A DNA stretch of 64,000 bases from Octopus vulgaris (taxonomy: Eukaryota): contig OX597819.1 of assembly GCA_951406725.2 (NCBI GenBank), positions 57,040,001 to 57,104,000 on the forward strand, given 5' to 3'. The notes below the pieces were generated by a model. The model made no database searches. It saw only the letters and a program-made list of their open reading frames with translations, and was not told the DNA's origin. The first letter of the stretch is position 1. Every line of letters begins with the position of its first letter. Shown piece after piece: positions 29,459-40,499 of the stretch. The translations under genes and the position numbers were made by a program.

Positions 29459-29868
29459 CAATAGATGAAACGGTGCATCGTATAAGAAATTACAGGGTAA
29501 ATGTTTTTTTAATTTTCTCCTGGTTTGCGGAATTGATGTTATTTTGCGGTTGAAGCTTTGGCTGTTATTTCTAGTGGGTGAATGGCCTATTATAGCCATT
29601 CCTTGATTGTGATGTTGAACTTATAAATGGTCTATGACTATTTAATTTTTTCCCACTAGGCCGCTGGTGACAAATAAATTCTACGAAATTTTTTGCCACC
29701 CTATATTGATTAATTATGAATTTTCTGGTTAATTCCGTAATGGAATCGGCGGCTTATATTTGCTGCCGATAAATTTGGCGCGAGTGCGATGATTTGAAAA
29801 TTTTAGGTCAGATATTGCCGAGGCAGGGATAGAGGTGCCTCGTGATAATATCTGCTCGGATCTGGCTG

Positions 29869-29973
29869 TTTCTTACTGACGAATCTATCGGCCTATGGAA
29901 GATTGGCTTGATTTAATTTAATCAGGTTAGTTTTCCATTAAACAATAGATGAAACGGTGCATCGTATAAGAAA
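29869..29973 (+). ncRNA. Type I hammerhead ribozyme, copy 1 (predicted cleavage after 29966)
   Basis: Stem I TTTCTTA/TAAGAAA, core CTGACGA (29876-29882), stem II ATCTAT/ATAGAT, GAAA (29951-29954), stem III ACGGTGCATCGT, GUA triplet. Confidence 0.88.
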
Positions 29974-30352
29974 TTACAGGGTAAATGTTTTTTTAATTTT
30001 CTCCTGGTTTGCGGAATTGATGTTATTTTGCGGTTGAAGCTTTGGCTGTTATTTCTAGTGGGTGAATGGCCTATTATGGCCATTCCTTGATTGTGATGTT
30101 GAACTTATAAATGGTCTATGACTATTTAATTTTTTCCCACTAGGCCGCTGGTGGCAAATAAATTCTACGAAATTTTTTGCCACCCTATATTGATTAATTA
30201 TGAATTTTCTGGTTAATTCCGTAATGGAATCGGCGGCTTATATTTGCTGCCGATAAATTTGGCGCGAGTGCGATGATTTGAAAATTTTAGGTCAGATATT
30301 GCCGAGGCAGGGATAGAGGTGCCTCGTGATAATATCTGCTCGGATCTGGCTG

Positions 30353-30457
30353 TTTCTTACTGACGAATCTATCGGCCTATGGAAGATTGGCTTGATTTAA
30401 TTTAATCAGGTTAGTTTACCATTAAACAATAGATGAAACGGTGCATCGTATAAGAAA
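30353..30457 (+). ncRNA. Type I hammerhead ribozyme, copy 2 (predicted cleavage after 30450)
   Basis: Same core and stems as 29869-29973; one T>A change in the stem II extension. Confidence 0.88.
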
Positions 30458-30677
30458 TTACAGGGTAAATGTTTTTTTAATTTTCTCCTGGTTTGCGGAA
30501 TTGATGTTATTTTGCGGTTGAAGCTTTGGCTGTTATTTCTAGTGGGTGAATGGCCTATTATGGCCATTCCTTGATTGTGATGTTGAACTTATAAATGCTC
30601 TATGACTATTTAATTTTTTCCCACTAGGCCGCTGGTGGCAAATAAATTCTACGAAATTTTTTGCCACCCTATATTGA

Positions 30678-30719
<42 letters not shown>

Positions 30720-30721
<2 letters not shown>

Positions 30722-31367
30722 GTGAGTTTATTATGTTTTTTCAAGCCATATTATTTCTTCATAGATAAATACATATTTCTATGTATTTATTTACCTTAAA
30801 ATAAATATCTAACATAATAAATGAGTTGTATGACATAATACTGATGTTTTAAATTTCTAATTTAGATAATGGAGTTTTCTTCTAAGAAAAATTATTATTT
30901 TATTTATTTCTTTAAAAATATTGTTTAACTCTACTTGCTTATTTATTTAACTATTATCATTAACCTGAAGATTGACTATAATTTTAATTCGAATGTATTT
31001 CAATTGAATTTAAACTTAATTGTAATTCAAATTTAATTATAGCCATGAAACGTACGTAGTGATCTTACTTATTATATTATATTTATCATTCTTTTTATAC
31101 TTTTTGGTTAACATTTTCTTTAAAATTTAAAATATTTAAATTTTATATTATATATATTATATTAATTATATTATATATATTATATTATATATATTATATT
31201 AATTATAATTATATTAGTTGTTATTTATGTATTGGTTTATGTCTATCACTGTTTGAGTTGCCTAATAGTGGTTTTATCAGTAATTCATATTTTATATATT
31301 TATACTGTGAATTTTGAGTTAATCCTAAATCTAATTTTTTCCTGTAAGTTTGGATCCATACTCCCTC

Positions 31368-31378
<11 letters not shown>
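30720..31378 (+). mobile_element. AT-rich Penelope-associated element carrying a hammerhead motif
   Basis: Bounded by (TA)n; CATAGATAAA(A)TACATATTT recurs at about 31512, suggesting a partial second copy. Confidence 0.5.
30960..31063 (+). ncRNA. Hammerhead ribozyme motif, partly decayed
   Basis: CTGAAGA (30965-30971), stem II TGACTATAATT/AATTATAGCCA, GAAAC-GTAC-GTA; stem I imperfect. Confidence 0.6.
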
Positions 31379-31416
<38 letters not shown>

Positions 31417-31591
31417 TTAAATATTTTCCTTTAATTTCTTGTATTTGAATTTTCCAGTAATGATATACTATAGTTTGTTATTTTTTCTTCTATAAGCTAA
31501 AATGTATTTTCATAGATAAAATACATATTTATATCTATTTATTCTAGTTTTATTTGTACCACGTTTTAACGTGATTTAATTTGTAGTTCTC

Positions 31592-32090
31592 GTGGTAGTT
31601 TGCAAAATACAAGACAAATTATTAAAGACATTAAAGAGATTACTAACAAATGCGAATCTTTACAAAACAACCACGAAACCAACGGTTGAAAAATGTGGAC
31701 GCCCAAACTGTAGAAGCTGCTCCAACCTACCTGAAGGCTTGGATTTCCTTTTCAAACAAGTTAAAATGTTCACAATTAAAACTAGTTTCACTTGTGCCTC
31801 TGAGAACCTGATGTATGTAATAACCTGCTCGGGTTGCGGACACAGCAATATTGGATAGACGAGTATGACCTTGAGAAGGAGAACTACTCTATATAAAGAG
31901 CAAATCCGTTTCCAGCAATACAGGCAAATTACTCTCAGTGAACATATAGACAAATTTGCAGATAACATCAAACCAAATTTCACAGTCTTCGCCTTCCACC
32001 AGTGCAAATAAACAATCTCTCCACAAGAACGTTTAAGTAAACTTTTTTCAATGAAAAATACAGAACACGTCTTAATATGCACGCATAACT
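31592..32090 (+). pseudogene. Penelope-like element GIY-YIG endonuclease remnant
   Basis: KCGRPNCRSC...FTCASENLMYVITCSGCGHSNIG*TSMTLRRR...SEH: Cys linker plus GIY-YIG layout typical of PLEs, with in-frame stops. Confidence 0.85.
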
Positions 32091-32566
32091 AACTTTTATC
32101 CTTTTACATATTTCAAATCACGATTACATCACTGTACATAAATCCCCTCACTAAACAAATTTTTTCGAAACCTTTTTTGTCTGTACATGTATATTCCCCT
32201 CCCCTTACCGAAAACTGAACAGTTATCTCCCTTGCCCACAACAATAACAATAACCAATTAACTCCCCTTTTTTTTCTACTTGTGAAGTCATTAACTCATA
32301 AATATCATCAAATAGAACATGGAAAAATTTTCTTCTTAAGAAAACACATATTCAAATAAGTAAAACATAATATCAGGAATAGCGATAGCGAAACCGGTCG
32401 ATATATTAAAAATTATATTAAAACTATGTAAAGTGAGCGTATTTTCCATTTTTAATTTCTGATATATACATAAATGTATATGTGTGTGTGAGTGCGTGTG
32501 TATGAGTGTGTGTGTGTATGTGTATGTATGTATGTATGTGTGGGTACTGGACACTTCGACTGCTAG

Positions 32567-32600
<34 letters not shown>

Positions 32601-32601
32601 A

Positions 32602-32766
32602 GGTGTAGGTGTGGCTGTGTGTTAAGTAGCTTGCTTACCAGCCACATGGTTCCAAGTTCAGTCCCACCTGCATGGCAGCTTGGGAAAGTGTTTCTACTAT
32701 AGCCGCGGGTCGACCAAAGCCTTGTGACTAGATTTGGTAGAGAGAAACTGAAAGAAACCCGTCGTA

Positions 32767-32811
<45 letters not shown>

Positions 32812-33016
32812 GTGTGTGTATATGTTTGTGTGTCTGTGTTTGTTCCGCCACCATCGCTTGGCAACCGATGCTGGTGTGTTTACGTCCCTGTAACTTAGCT
32901 GTTCGTTGAAAAAGACAGATGGAATAAATACTACGCTTACAAAGAATAAGTCCTGGGGTCGATGTGCCCGACCACCGTCATGACCACCGTCAAATGACTG
33001 AAACAAGTAAAAAAGT
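32602..33016 (+). mobile_element. CORE-type tRNA SINE
   Basis: Head-to-tail match to the family. Confidence 0.85.
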
Positions 33017-33391
33017 ACAAATATATATATATGTAATCAGAAAATAGAGAAAACTTTTAATCAAATCAAACAAACTGAACGACATCGGTTGGTTATTTTT
33101 AAATGCGAAAACATATCATGTTCTTGTATCACAAAATAATCAAACGATGTGAATCAATTTGTTTGATTGTTGACCCAAAGTTTCCTCCATTTTCTGAATG
33201 TTTGAATTTGATTCCTGATAAACTTTTGTTCCTTCTATTGCTACCTGCACCCTATCAACATAGTGTACCTGCATACCCATGCCCAGGGATACCACAGGTA
33301 ATATGATACAGATAGTAAACTCGGATACCATTATCCCTTAGTCGGTTACTACGACCGCTAATTCTGCAAAGCTATATATATATATATATAT

Positions 33392-33462
<71 letters not shown>

Positions 33463-33601
33463 AGTAGTTGAATGGATTATCTTATTAAGGATAATTCGAA
33501 TTAACCGATACCTGGGTAGCAAATTCACATCAGAAAAAACACGATTGAAGTTACGTGCCTAGGGCATAGATTACGTGCTTTCGTGTGGAAATTTGTATGA
33601 A

Positions 33602-33729
33602 TATTTTAAAAACATATAAATATATGAACGAATGGAGCTGAACGTCGAATTAACAAAATTCCTTTAAAGGAATTTTTTTAATTCGTCGTTCAGCTCCATT
33701 CTTTCATATATTTATATATTTTTAAAATA
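33602..33729. repeat. 128-bp spacerless palindrome
   Basis: 64-bp arms with 4 mismatches, centre CCTTT/AAAGG. Confidence 0.9.
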
Positions 33730-33853
<124 letters not shown>

Positions 33854-34373
33854 TTCTGTGCGTGTGAAAGACCACAACAAATGCTGAGGTACAACAAGCA
33901 TCTCAAGTTATATACATTATTTTATATTATTCCTAAAGTAGTTAAGAATAATATAGAATAATATATATGAATTGGGATGCTTGTTAAGCCACGGCGTTAG
34001 TTGTTCTCTTTCACGAATATATATGTGCTAAATGGGAAACCTAAAATGGATCCATGTCTGCCGTCTCAATTGAGAACTTGGAAACCCTAATAATCCGTTA
34101 TGGCACCTACCCAGCGTACTTATTTCTTTAAATCACCAATGAACTAAACCCCCATATTCTGCATATATATATATATATGCATTCATACATGGGTACATAC
34201 ATATACATAATATATACATGTATACACACACATACATATGATAACATATTGTACCACGGACTACTTTCTAATCCCAAGCTTATACATATAGGGAGAACTC
34301 ACAAATAAAAAGAAGGCAAGTTGTGTAGACAACAAACAGATGTATTAGTATAACGCTAGGACAGTGAAAAATT

Positions 34374-34409
34374 CTTTAATGTTTCGAGCCTACACTCTTC
34401 CACAGAAAG
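34374..34409 (-). ncRNA. Minimal hammerhead-like motif (variant core) inside a short repeat at about 34270-34475
   Basis: Minus strand reads CTTT CTGTGGA A GAGT GTAG GCTC GAAA CATT AAAG. Confidence 0.45.
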
Positions 34410-34487
34410 GAACACAGTAGGAGACAAGGAGAGAAAATAAAGAATGTGTAGTGGCTAGTAATCTATCATGGCGACATATATACATAC

Positions 34488-34555
<68 letters not shown>

Positions 34556-36069
34556 TAATCATATACGTGTTTATTTAACAATAGCTTTTTCAAGTTTTAT
34601 TAACTATAAATATTAAATATTTGTTGTCAGAAAAAGTAATGTCTGTGAAGAATGGAGTTTGTTGCGTTGGTGCGCAGAAGTGGTAACTTCTTGCATTACG
34701 TGGCCTGCAGTAATTGGTTACTACACTCTACAAACATTTGAACGTATGGCTAAATCTATCTACTTCCCTTTTTACATAACTATCTACTTTTTACTTAACA
34801 AAAAGTTATTTCTTATAACACATTATAAAATGTATAAATATTTTGAAATTCTATTCAGAATTCTATAAAAACAGCGAGACATTTTGTATTGTTACAACTT
34901 CTTTACATAAATTAATAAGTGCATTCATACGTAACTGTCAAATTTTAAGTATGTTATATATACTACAAATATACTAAGTTTATGTATGTCTCATAAAAAC
35001 TTGACAGGGGATGATTTACTTTTTATTAGCACTTAGTATTCAGAAACACAAGCGAATCAGTTTAATATAAAAGAAAGTGACAACTAACAATGCCTCTCTG
35101 TTGTAAGGATGTACTACAAGTGACAATGACAGGGAATGGCACTTGAAACCGGGATACTGAATAGTTTCGGACTCGTCTTTCTGAATAAGTGGAACGAATG
35201 TGTCATAATTCTTGCAAATAGAAAATTTGACTCGTTAGATTGATGAAGACATAGTGACGTAGGCAATGTGACAATATTACACTGTGTTCTTGGTGTAATG
35301 ATAGTTCATTGAGAAATTAGTCTTTCTCATACAATATATAAAAAAATATATTGTTAATGTTAGAAAGAGTAATGTCGAGTTGTATTGATTTTGAATGTAT
35401 GCAGTGCAGGGAAAATGCGAATGATAGTTGATCTCCTGGTGTGGCTCAATTGCTTGCAACAATACGTGCTCTGTTAAATGTTCTCTAGTGCTACACTGAG
35501 TTAGAAATTCCTCTTGCTTTCAGTTACTTTTTACTATTTAAAGAATGATAAAGAAATGCATACATTACGTGTATAGTTACAGCTTTGTTACACATTGAAA
35601 AATCAATACTACGAGAATCCTTAGATATTCTTTCTTATCTTTTGAGAGTAAAAAATTACGTATCAGTTAGCTGAACCCTTTTTTCCGTACAGTTGGAATA
35701 TTAAGTCACTTTAATCAACTGGTTTTTTCCCCTGGATATTTTTGGTCTCAAGCTTATATTCGAAAAATTCGAATAGTACATCTTTTAGTTTATTCTTTTT
35801 CAAAATATTCTAGTGTCATCCCAGAATATTTCCTGTTCTGCTGTTCTAAAAGCGGATAAAAATTAGGACACACCAGATAATTTACAGCCTAATACTAGTG
35901 GCCTAACATTATCAATTTTACAAATTTCTTTTAAGACATAAAACTTAGTTAATGCATGAAGCAATCTTAAATGCAATGTCCTAACGTGTTTACTCGGAAG
36001 GGGAGGAAAAAGAAAAGAGCTTTAGTGTCAATATTCTTGTGTGTATGTGTCTACGTAAACGGATTTCAG

Positions 36070-36106
<37 letters not shown>

Positions 36107-36610
36107 GAGAGAAGGAGAGCAAGAAATAAAAGAGGCAGCTGCATTATCCATTTAGTGGATAATGCACACATTTCATTAATGCAAAGCTAAATTTACACGC
36201 CTGTACTTAAGAAATAGCCGCTATAATGTTACGCTTCGAAGAGTGGCGACGATAATGTTTAGCCAAGTCAGTCAGAATGGAATATTGATGATGTTCAATG
36301 AGATACTGTCGAACAACTTGTCAATTACTGCCAAAAAAAAGTCCTTCTTTGTCTCCATATCTAATTAGCGAATCTGCATTTACATATGGCTTTAATGTCA
36401 AATTGTTTTTCTCGTAGCATTTTCCAAGAAACAGCTAAACGTTCTAGTTTCTTAAGAATCAGAGAATTAATATATTGAAGACTTGACTTAGAAGCATGAT
36501 AGATATAGGAACCTAGAATATACAGATGCATTGTATAAGCCTGACCGCGTGTGTACCGTTGGCGATTTTATTCCTCCGTCTTCCCTTCTCTGGAGCTTTC
36601 CTTTTCCTAT

Positions 36611-36645
36611 GTTTCTGACGAAGAGCTCCGCTCGAAACGTTAAAC
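36611..36645 (+). ncRNA. Minimal type I hammerhead ribozyme inside a short repeat at about 36520-36750
   Basis: GTTT CTGACGA A GAGC TCC GCTC GAA ACGT T AAAC: stem I GTTT/AAAC, stem II GAGC/GCTC, palindromic ACGT in place of stem III. Confidence 0.75.
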
Positions 36646-36894
36646 CCTCCATCTTCCCTTCCCTCCTGAGCGTCCAATAATACTATATTTGATCCACGTC
36701 CTCGCGTTGTTGTGTTTTCTCTTTGTGCTCTCATGTTTGGATTAACTATATATATGTATGTATGTATGTATTTTAGTATTATGTAGAGTTTATAATTTGA
36801 AGGAAAAATGCAGGAGAATAGTTACCAGGTAGCTCAATGTTGCTTAAGTGTCTCAGGATTTAAATCCGGGATAGTAAGTCGTATTTAGTAGAAA

Positions 36895-37170
36895 ATAGGA
36901 AAATTGAATGAGGAGACGAACTCTCGGGATGTTAAACCATTTATATCTTTAATTCTTCTACATATATTTTGTCGGATGCACTCTAAAATGTCCTACAGGA
37001 TAAATTGTGGTCAGCAATGTTATATCCTTCCTGATAAGACTGATGCATTGCTGACCATAATTTATCTTGTCGCACATTTTGGAGTGCGTTCTTCGAAACA
37101 TATGTAGAAGAATTCAAGATATAAATGATTTAACATCCCGAGATTTCGTCTCGTTATTCAGTTTTCCTAT
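36895..37170. repeat. Fold-back inverted repeat (125-bp arms) with a central hammerhead motif
   Basis: 36895-37019 pairs with 37046-37170; CTTC CTGATAAG ... TTC GAAA CATATG TA GAAG at 37027-37110. Confidence 0.85.
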
Positions 37171-37249
37171 GTGTGTATGTATGTATGTATACTCAATTAT
37201 ACAATGAAATAGGTTCCTATATCTGTAATATGGAAAGCAGTATATATCT

Positions 37250-37579
37250 ATCTTTTATCCTTTACATGTCTCAGTCATTAGAAGAATTTCTGGTCGAATG
37301 GGACGATCTTATAGCCTTTTATTCTTATAAGCTGATATGCTAAGCTACTGGGACGTAAACAAAACACTGCTTGGCAGGTGGTGATGGGTACATCACCACA
37401 CACAAACACACCCTCACGCACATACACACGCATATTTGACGGGCTACTTTCAGTTTGCTCCTACGAGATCCACTCACAACTCTGGCGCGAGTTTATGATC
37501 GAAGACATTTGGCCAAAGTGCCGACGCAGTGGGACTGAATTTGGAACCATGTGGTTGGAAAGCAAACCTTACTACACCA

Positions 37580-37580
<1 letters not shown>
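37250..37580 (-). mobile_element. Diverged CORE-type SINE
   Basis: GCAGTGGGACTGAATTTGGAACCATGTGGTTGG head region in reverse orientation. Confidence 0.65.
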
Positions 37581-37643
<63 letters not shown>

Positions 37644-37649
37644 TCCTAT

Positions 37650-37952
37650 ACTTGTTTTAGTTATTTTGAAAGCAGCCATGCTGGAGCACCATTTGAAGGA
37701 TATTATCGAATAAATCGACCCCAGGATTTTTTAAAGCTTAGTATTTATTTTTCTCGGTCTCTCGACCGAACCGCTAGCTTTCGGGGACGTAAACACACCA
37801 ACACCGGTTGTCCCGCGTTGATGGGAAGAGGGGAAATAAACATTAAACAAAGACACACGCAAACACCTAGATACAAACACTCACATATACACGCATACAA
37901 ACAGATTTATCTATATGACGGGTTTCTTTCAGTTTCCGTCTTCCAAATTCAT
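37650..37952 (-). mobile_element. CORE-type SINE, 5'-truncated
   Basis: GCCATGCTGGAGCACC...TTTCAGTTTCCGTC. Confidence 0.75.
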
Positions 37953-38149
37953 GCAGAACGTTCTAGCACATGATCTGCAAAATTACAAACTGCAAAATCC
38001 AACAGGACACATCTCTCTATGAAGAACACTTTGGGAAAATATGGTTATCGCTTTCCTCTCCATAATAAATGATAAAATTTATATAATGAATTCAGCAACA
38101 TCTAAGACATGGAATTCTTAACACGTGTGTTAAACCTTAAATCTTAAAC

Positions 38150-38620
38150 CTGTTGAATGTGTAAAATTTCATTAGGCCTTCATGTAAATCATTTAAAATT
38201 CTTTAATCATCATTCTTCTTCAAGACCCTATAATTTCATCAACATGAGTGCATCTATGTTGGCGAACTCATTCCTCATACTGAAAAGGTTCATTCCACTA
38301 TGTACATCAACTTACAATCTGTTACCGATTCCCGTTGGTTATATTGAAAGTATGATGTCTATTTCATTGGCTTCTACGAAGCTCATTCTAATTATTTAGT
38401 CAAATAACGGTCTCTGTACAACCCAATCGACAACTATTGCAAAGCATGTCTCTTATTGACTGACTTCCCAACTTTATTTCTTCTCAACATAGCATTCACA
38501 TCAAAGCTATTCACTGATATGACACGAACAGGCAGTATCCGGAAATACTGTTTAAATAGATTTTAACATAGCTATCAATACTACGTGACCAGCAAGGCGA
38601 AATTCTATTTTCCCTACTTC
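38150..38620 (-). pseudogene. Possible RTE-like RT remnant
   Basis: Degenerate QxGFR...SxxD and AFD-like segments; heavily mutated. Confidence 0.25.
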
Positions 38621-39432
38621 TAGAGTTACTCTGCCATCCAATTCACCTCATATATTCTCTTTCATTCTGTCATTCTTATTTCTTTCTTTCTTCCTTCTTT
38701 TCTTTCTTTGTTTCGTTCGTTCGTTCTTTCTTTACTTTGCCCTCTCCCAAATCACTTCCCTGTCACTATCTTAATTCTTTTCACTAGAAACATTGATATA
38801 CAATTACTGATGCACAGGAACACGCATAAACATATTCAAATAACACACACGCACACACACATGCACGCACACATATATAAAGAGAGAAAGTGAGAGACAG
38901 AAAAAGGAGAGAGAGAGAGTGAAATAGAGAGATAAATAAAAAGAAAGAAAGAGAATATGCTTCTTAAAAATCTGTCTAATGAAACGCGTGAATGCACGAA
39001 CACATGGTTGTCTACGACTCCTATATTAGAAGATGGCGGTTTTCCTAATAGTGCTATTCAGTGAAAACAGCGAATGTCTAGTGTACTGTCCTAGTCAATG
39101 TGATTAAGCCGACGTTAGCACAAGCCTTCTCTAATTAGGGCTTCCGATTCTTCAATTATAGATTTTTGCAACAAAATTTTACTATCCGATTGCGTATACT
39201 ATCGAAAATGTTCTAAATACATCTAGAACAGCAGACAGTACATTTAATCATGTTGAGAAATATTTTTTTTCAAAACGATTTGCTTCCACAACATGGCTGT
39301 ATTTCAAATATAAAGAAATAACATTACGATAAATATTTCTCAAAGACGTTTGGTGAAACGCGTATTCCAAAATAATGCGCGAATTTATTCCAATAAAGTG
39401 TACATGAGTATTAAAGTCTTAATTTCATATTC

Positions 39433-39680
39433 TTTTCTAATTTTCCTCGAGTCCCAGATAACGTAATGATGGCTACTCGGTTTTCGTGGCGTAAGTGACC
39501 GAGATCACACTATCCTCGCCCCGGTTTGAGACGCTGGTCCGTTGCAGAGTAGAAGGCACGCAGTTTTGACGCGATGGCATAAGTCAATTATAACGACCTG
39601 AACATTTGACTCGTTATTTTAATTTATCGACCATGAAGAGACGAAAGCAAAGTTGACCTCAGCGTAGTATGAACGCGTAA
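39433..39680 (-). mobile_element. Nin/Deu SINE variant with extended 3' body
   Basis: ATTTATCGACC...GAAAGCAAAGTTGACCTC core in reverse; the body recurs inverted at 40740-40921. Confidence 0.6.
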
Positions 39681-40020
39681 TATTTCTCACTGGTCTTACA
39701 ATGACCCGAAGCGATAGTAAAAGACATTTGCCCATGATGCCACAGACATGCTATCATGATTTCGAAGCTAACATTCTAACCAATCAGCCATTCTGCATCC
39801 ACATACACACGCAGGCACAAACGCACACATACACACACTGTACACGTATGTGAGCATGTGTGTGTGTGTGTATATGTGTGCGTTTCCGCATATCAGTATT
39901 TCTGCCCATGTCTGCATTATATATTCACACTGCCTTAAAGATCAGATTTCTTTATACTAATATATTTTTTTTTCTGTAAATTAGAATTTCAGCGAATAGT
40001 TTTCACAAAAGTTAATATTT

Positions 40021-40425
40021 ACTCTTTACTCTTTTATTTGTTTCAGTCATTTGACTGCGACCATACTGGAGCACCAACTTTAGTCCAGCGAAACAGCCCC
40101 AGGACTTATTCTTTGTAAGCCTAGTACTTATTCTATCGGTCTCGTTTGCCGAACCGCTAAGTTACGGGGACGTAAACACAACAGCATCGGTTGTCAAGCG
40201 ATGTTGGGGGCACAAACACAGAGTCACAAACATATACACACACATACGTATATATATACATATATACGACGGGCTTCTTTCAGTTTCCGTCTACCAAATC
40301 TACTGACAAGGCTTTGGTCGGCCCGAGGCTATAGTAGAAGACACTTGCCGAAGGTGCCACTCAGGGAGACTGAACCCGGAACCATGTGGTCGGTAAGCAA
40401 GTTACTTACCACACAGCCACTCCTG
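40021..40425 (-). mobile_element. CORE-type tRNA SINE, full length
   Basis: Close match to the other full-length copies. Confidence 0.9.
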
Positions 40426-40499
40426 TTTGGAAATAATTACAGACGTCAGTATGTTAGACTAATCTCGTGAATATGGTGTCTCAGTATAACCGCAAATTT

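Larger units (their letters stand above)
29453..30684 (+). mobile_element. Tandem 484-bp array (about 2.5 copies), candidate non-LTR retrozyme
   Basis: Unit starts at 29453, 29937 and 30421; only four differences seen between copies; (TA)n on both sides; a hammerhead at each junction. Confidence 0.85.

Noticed and set aside
29372-29599. 75-aa minus ORF overlapping the 484-bp unit
   Set aside because: Length inflated by (TA)n; no homology recognised; the structural evidence favours a non-coding plus-strand RNA
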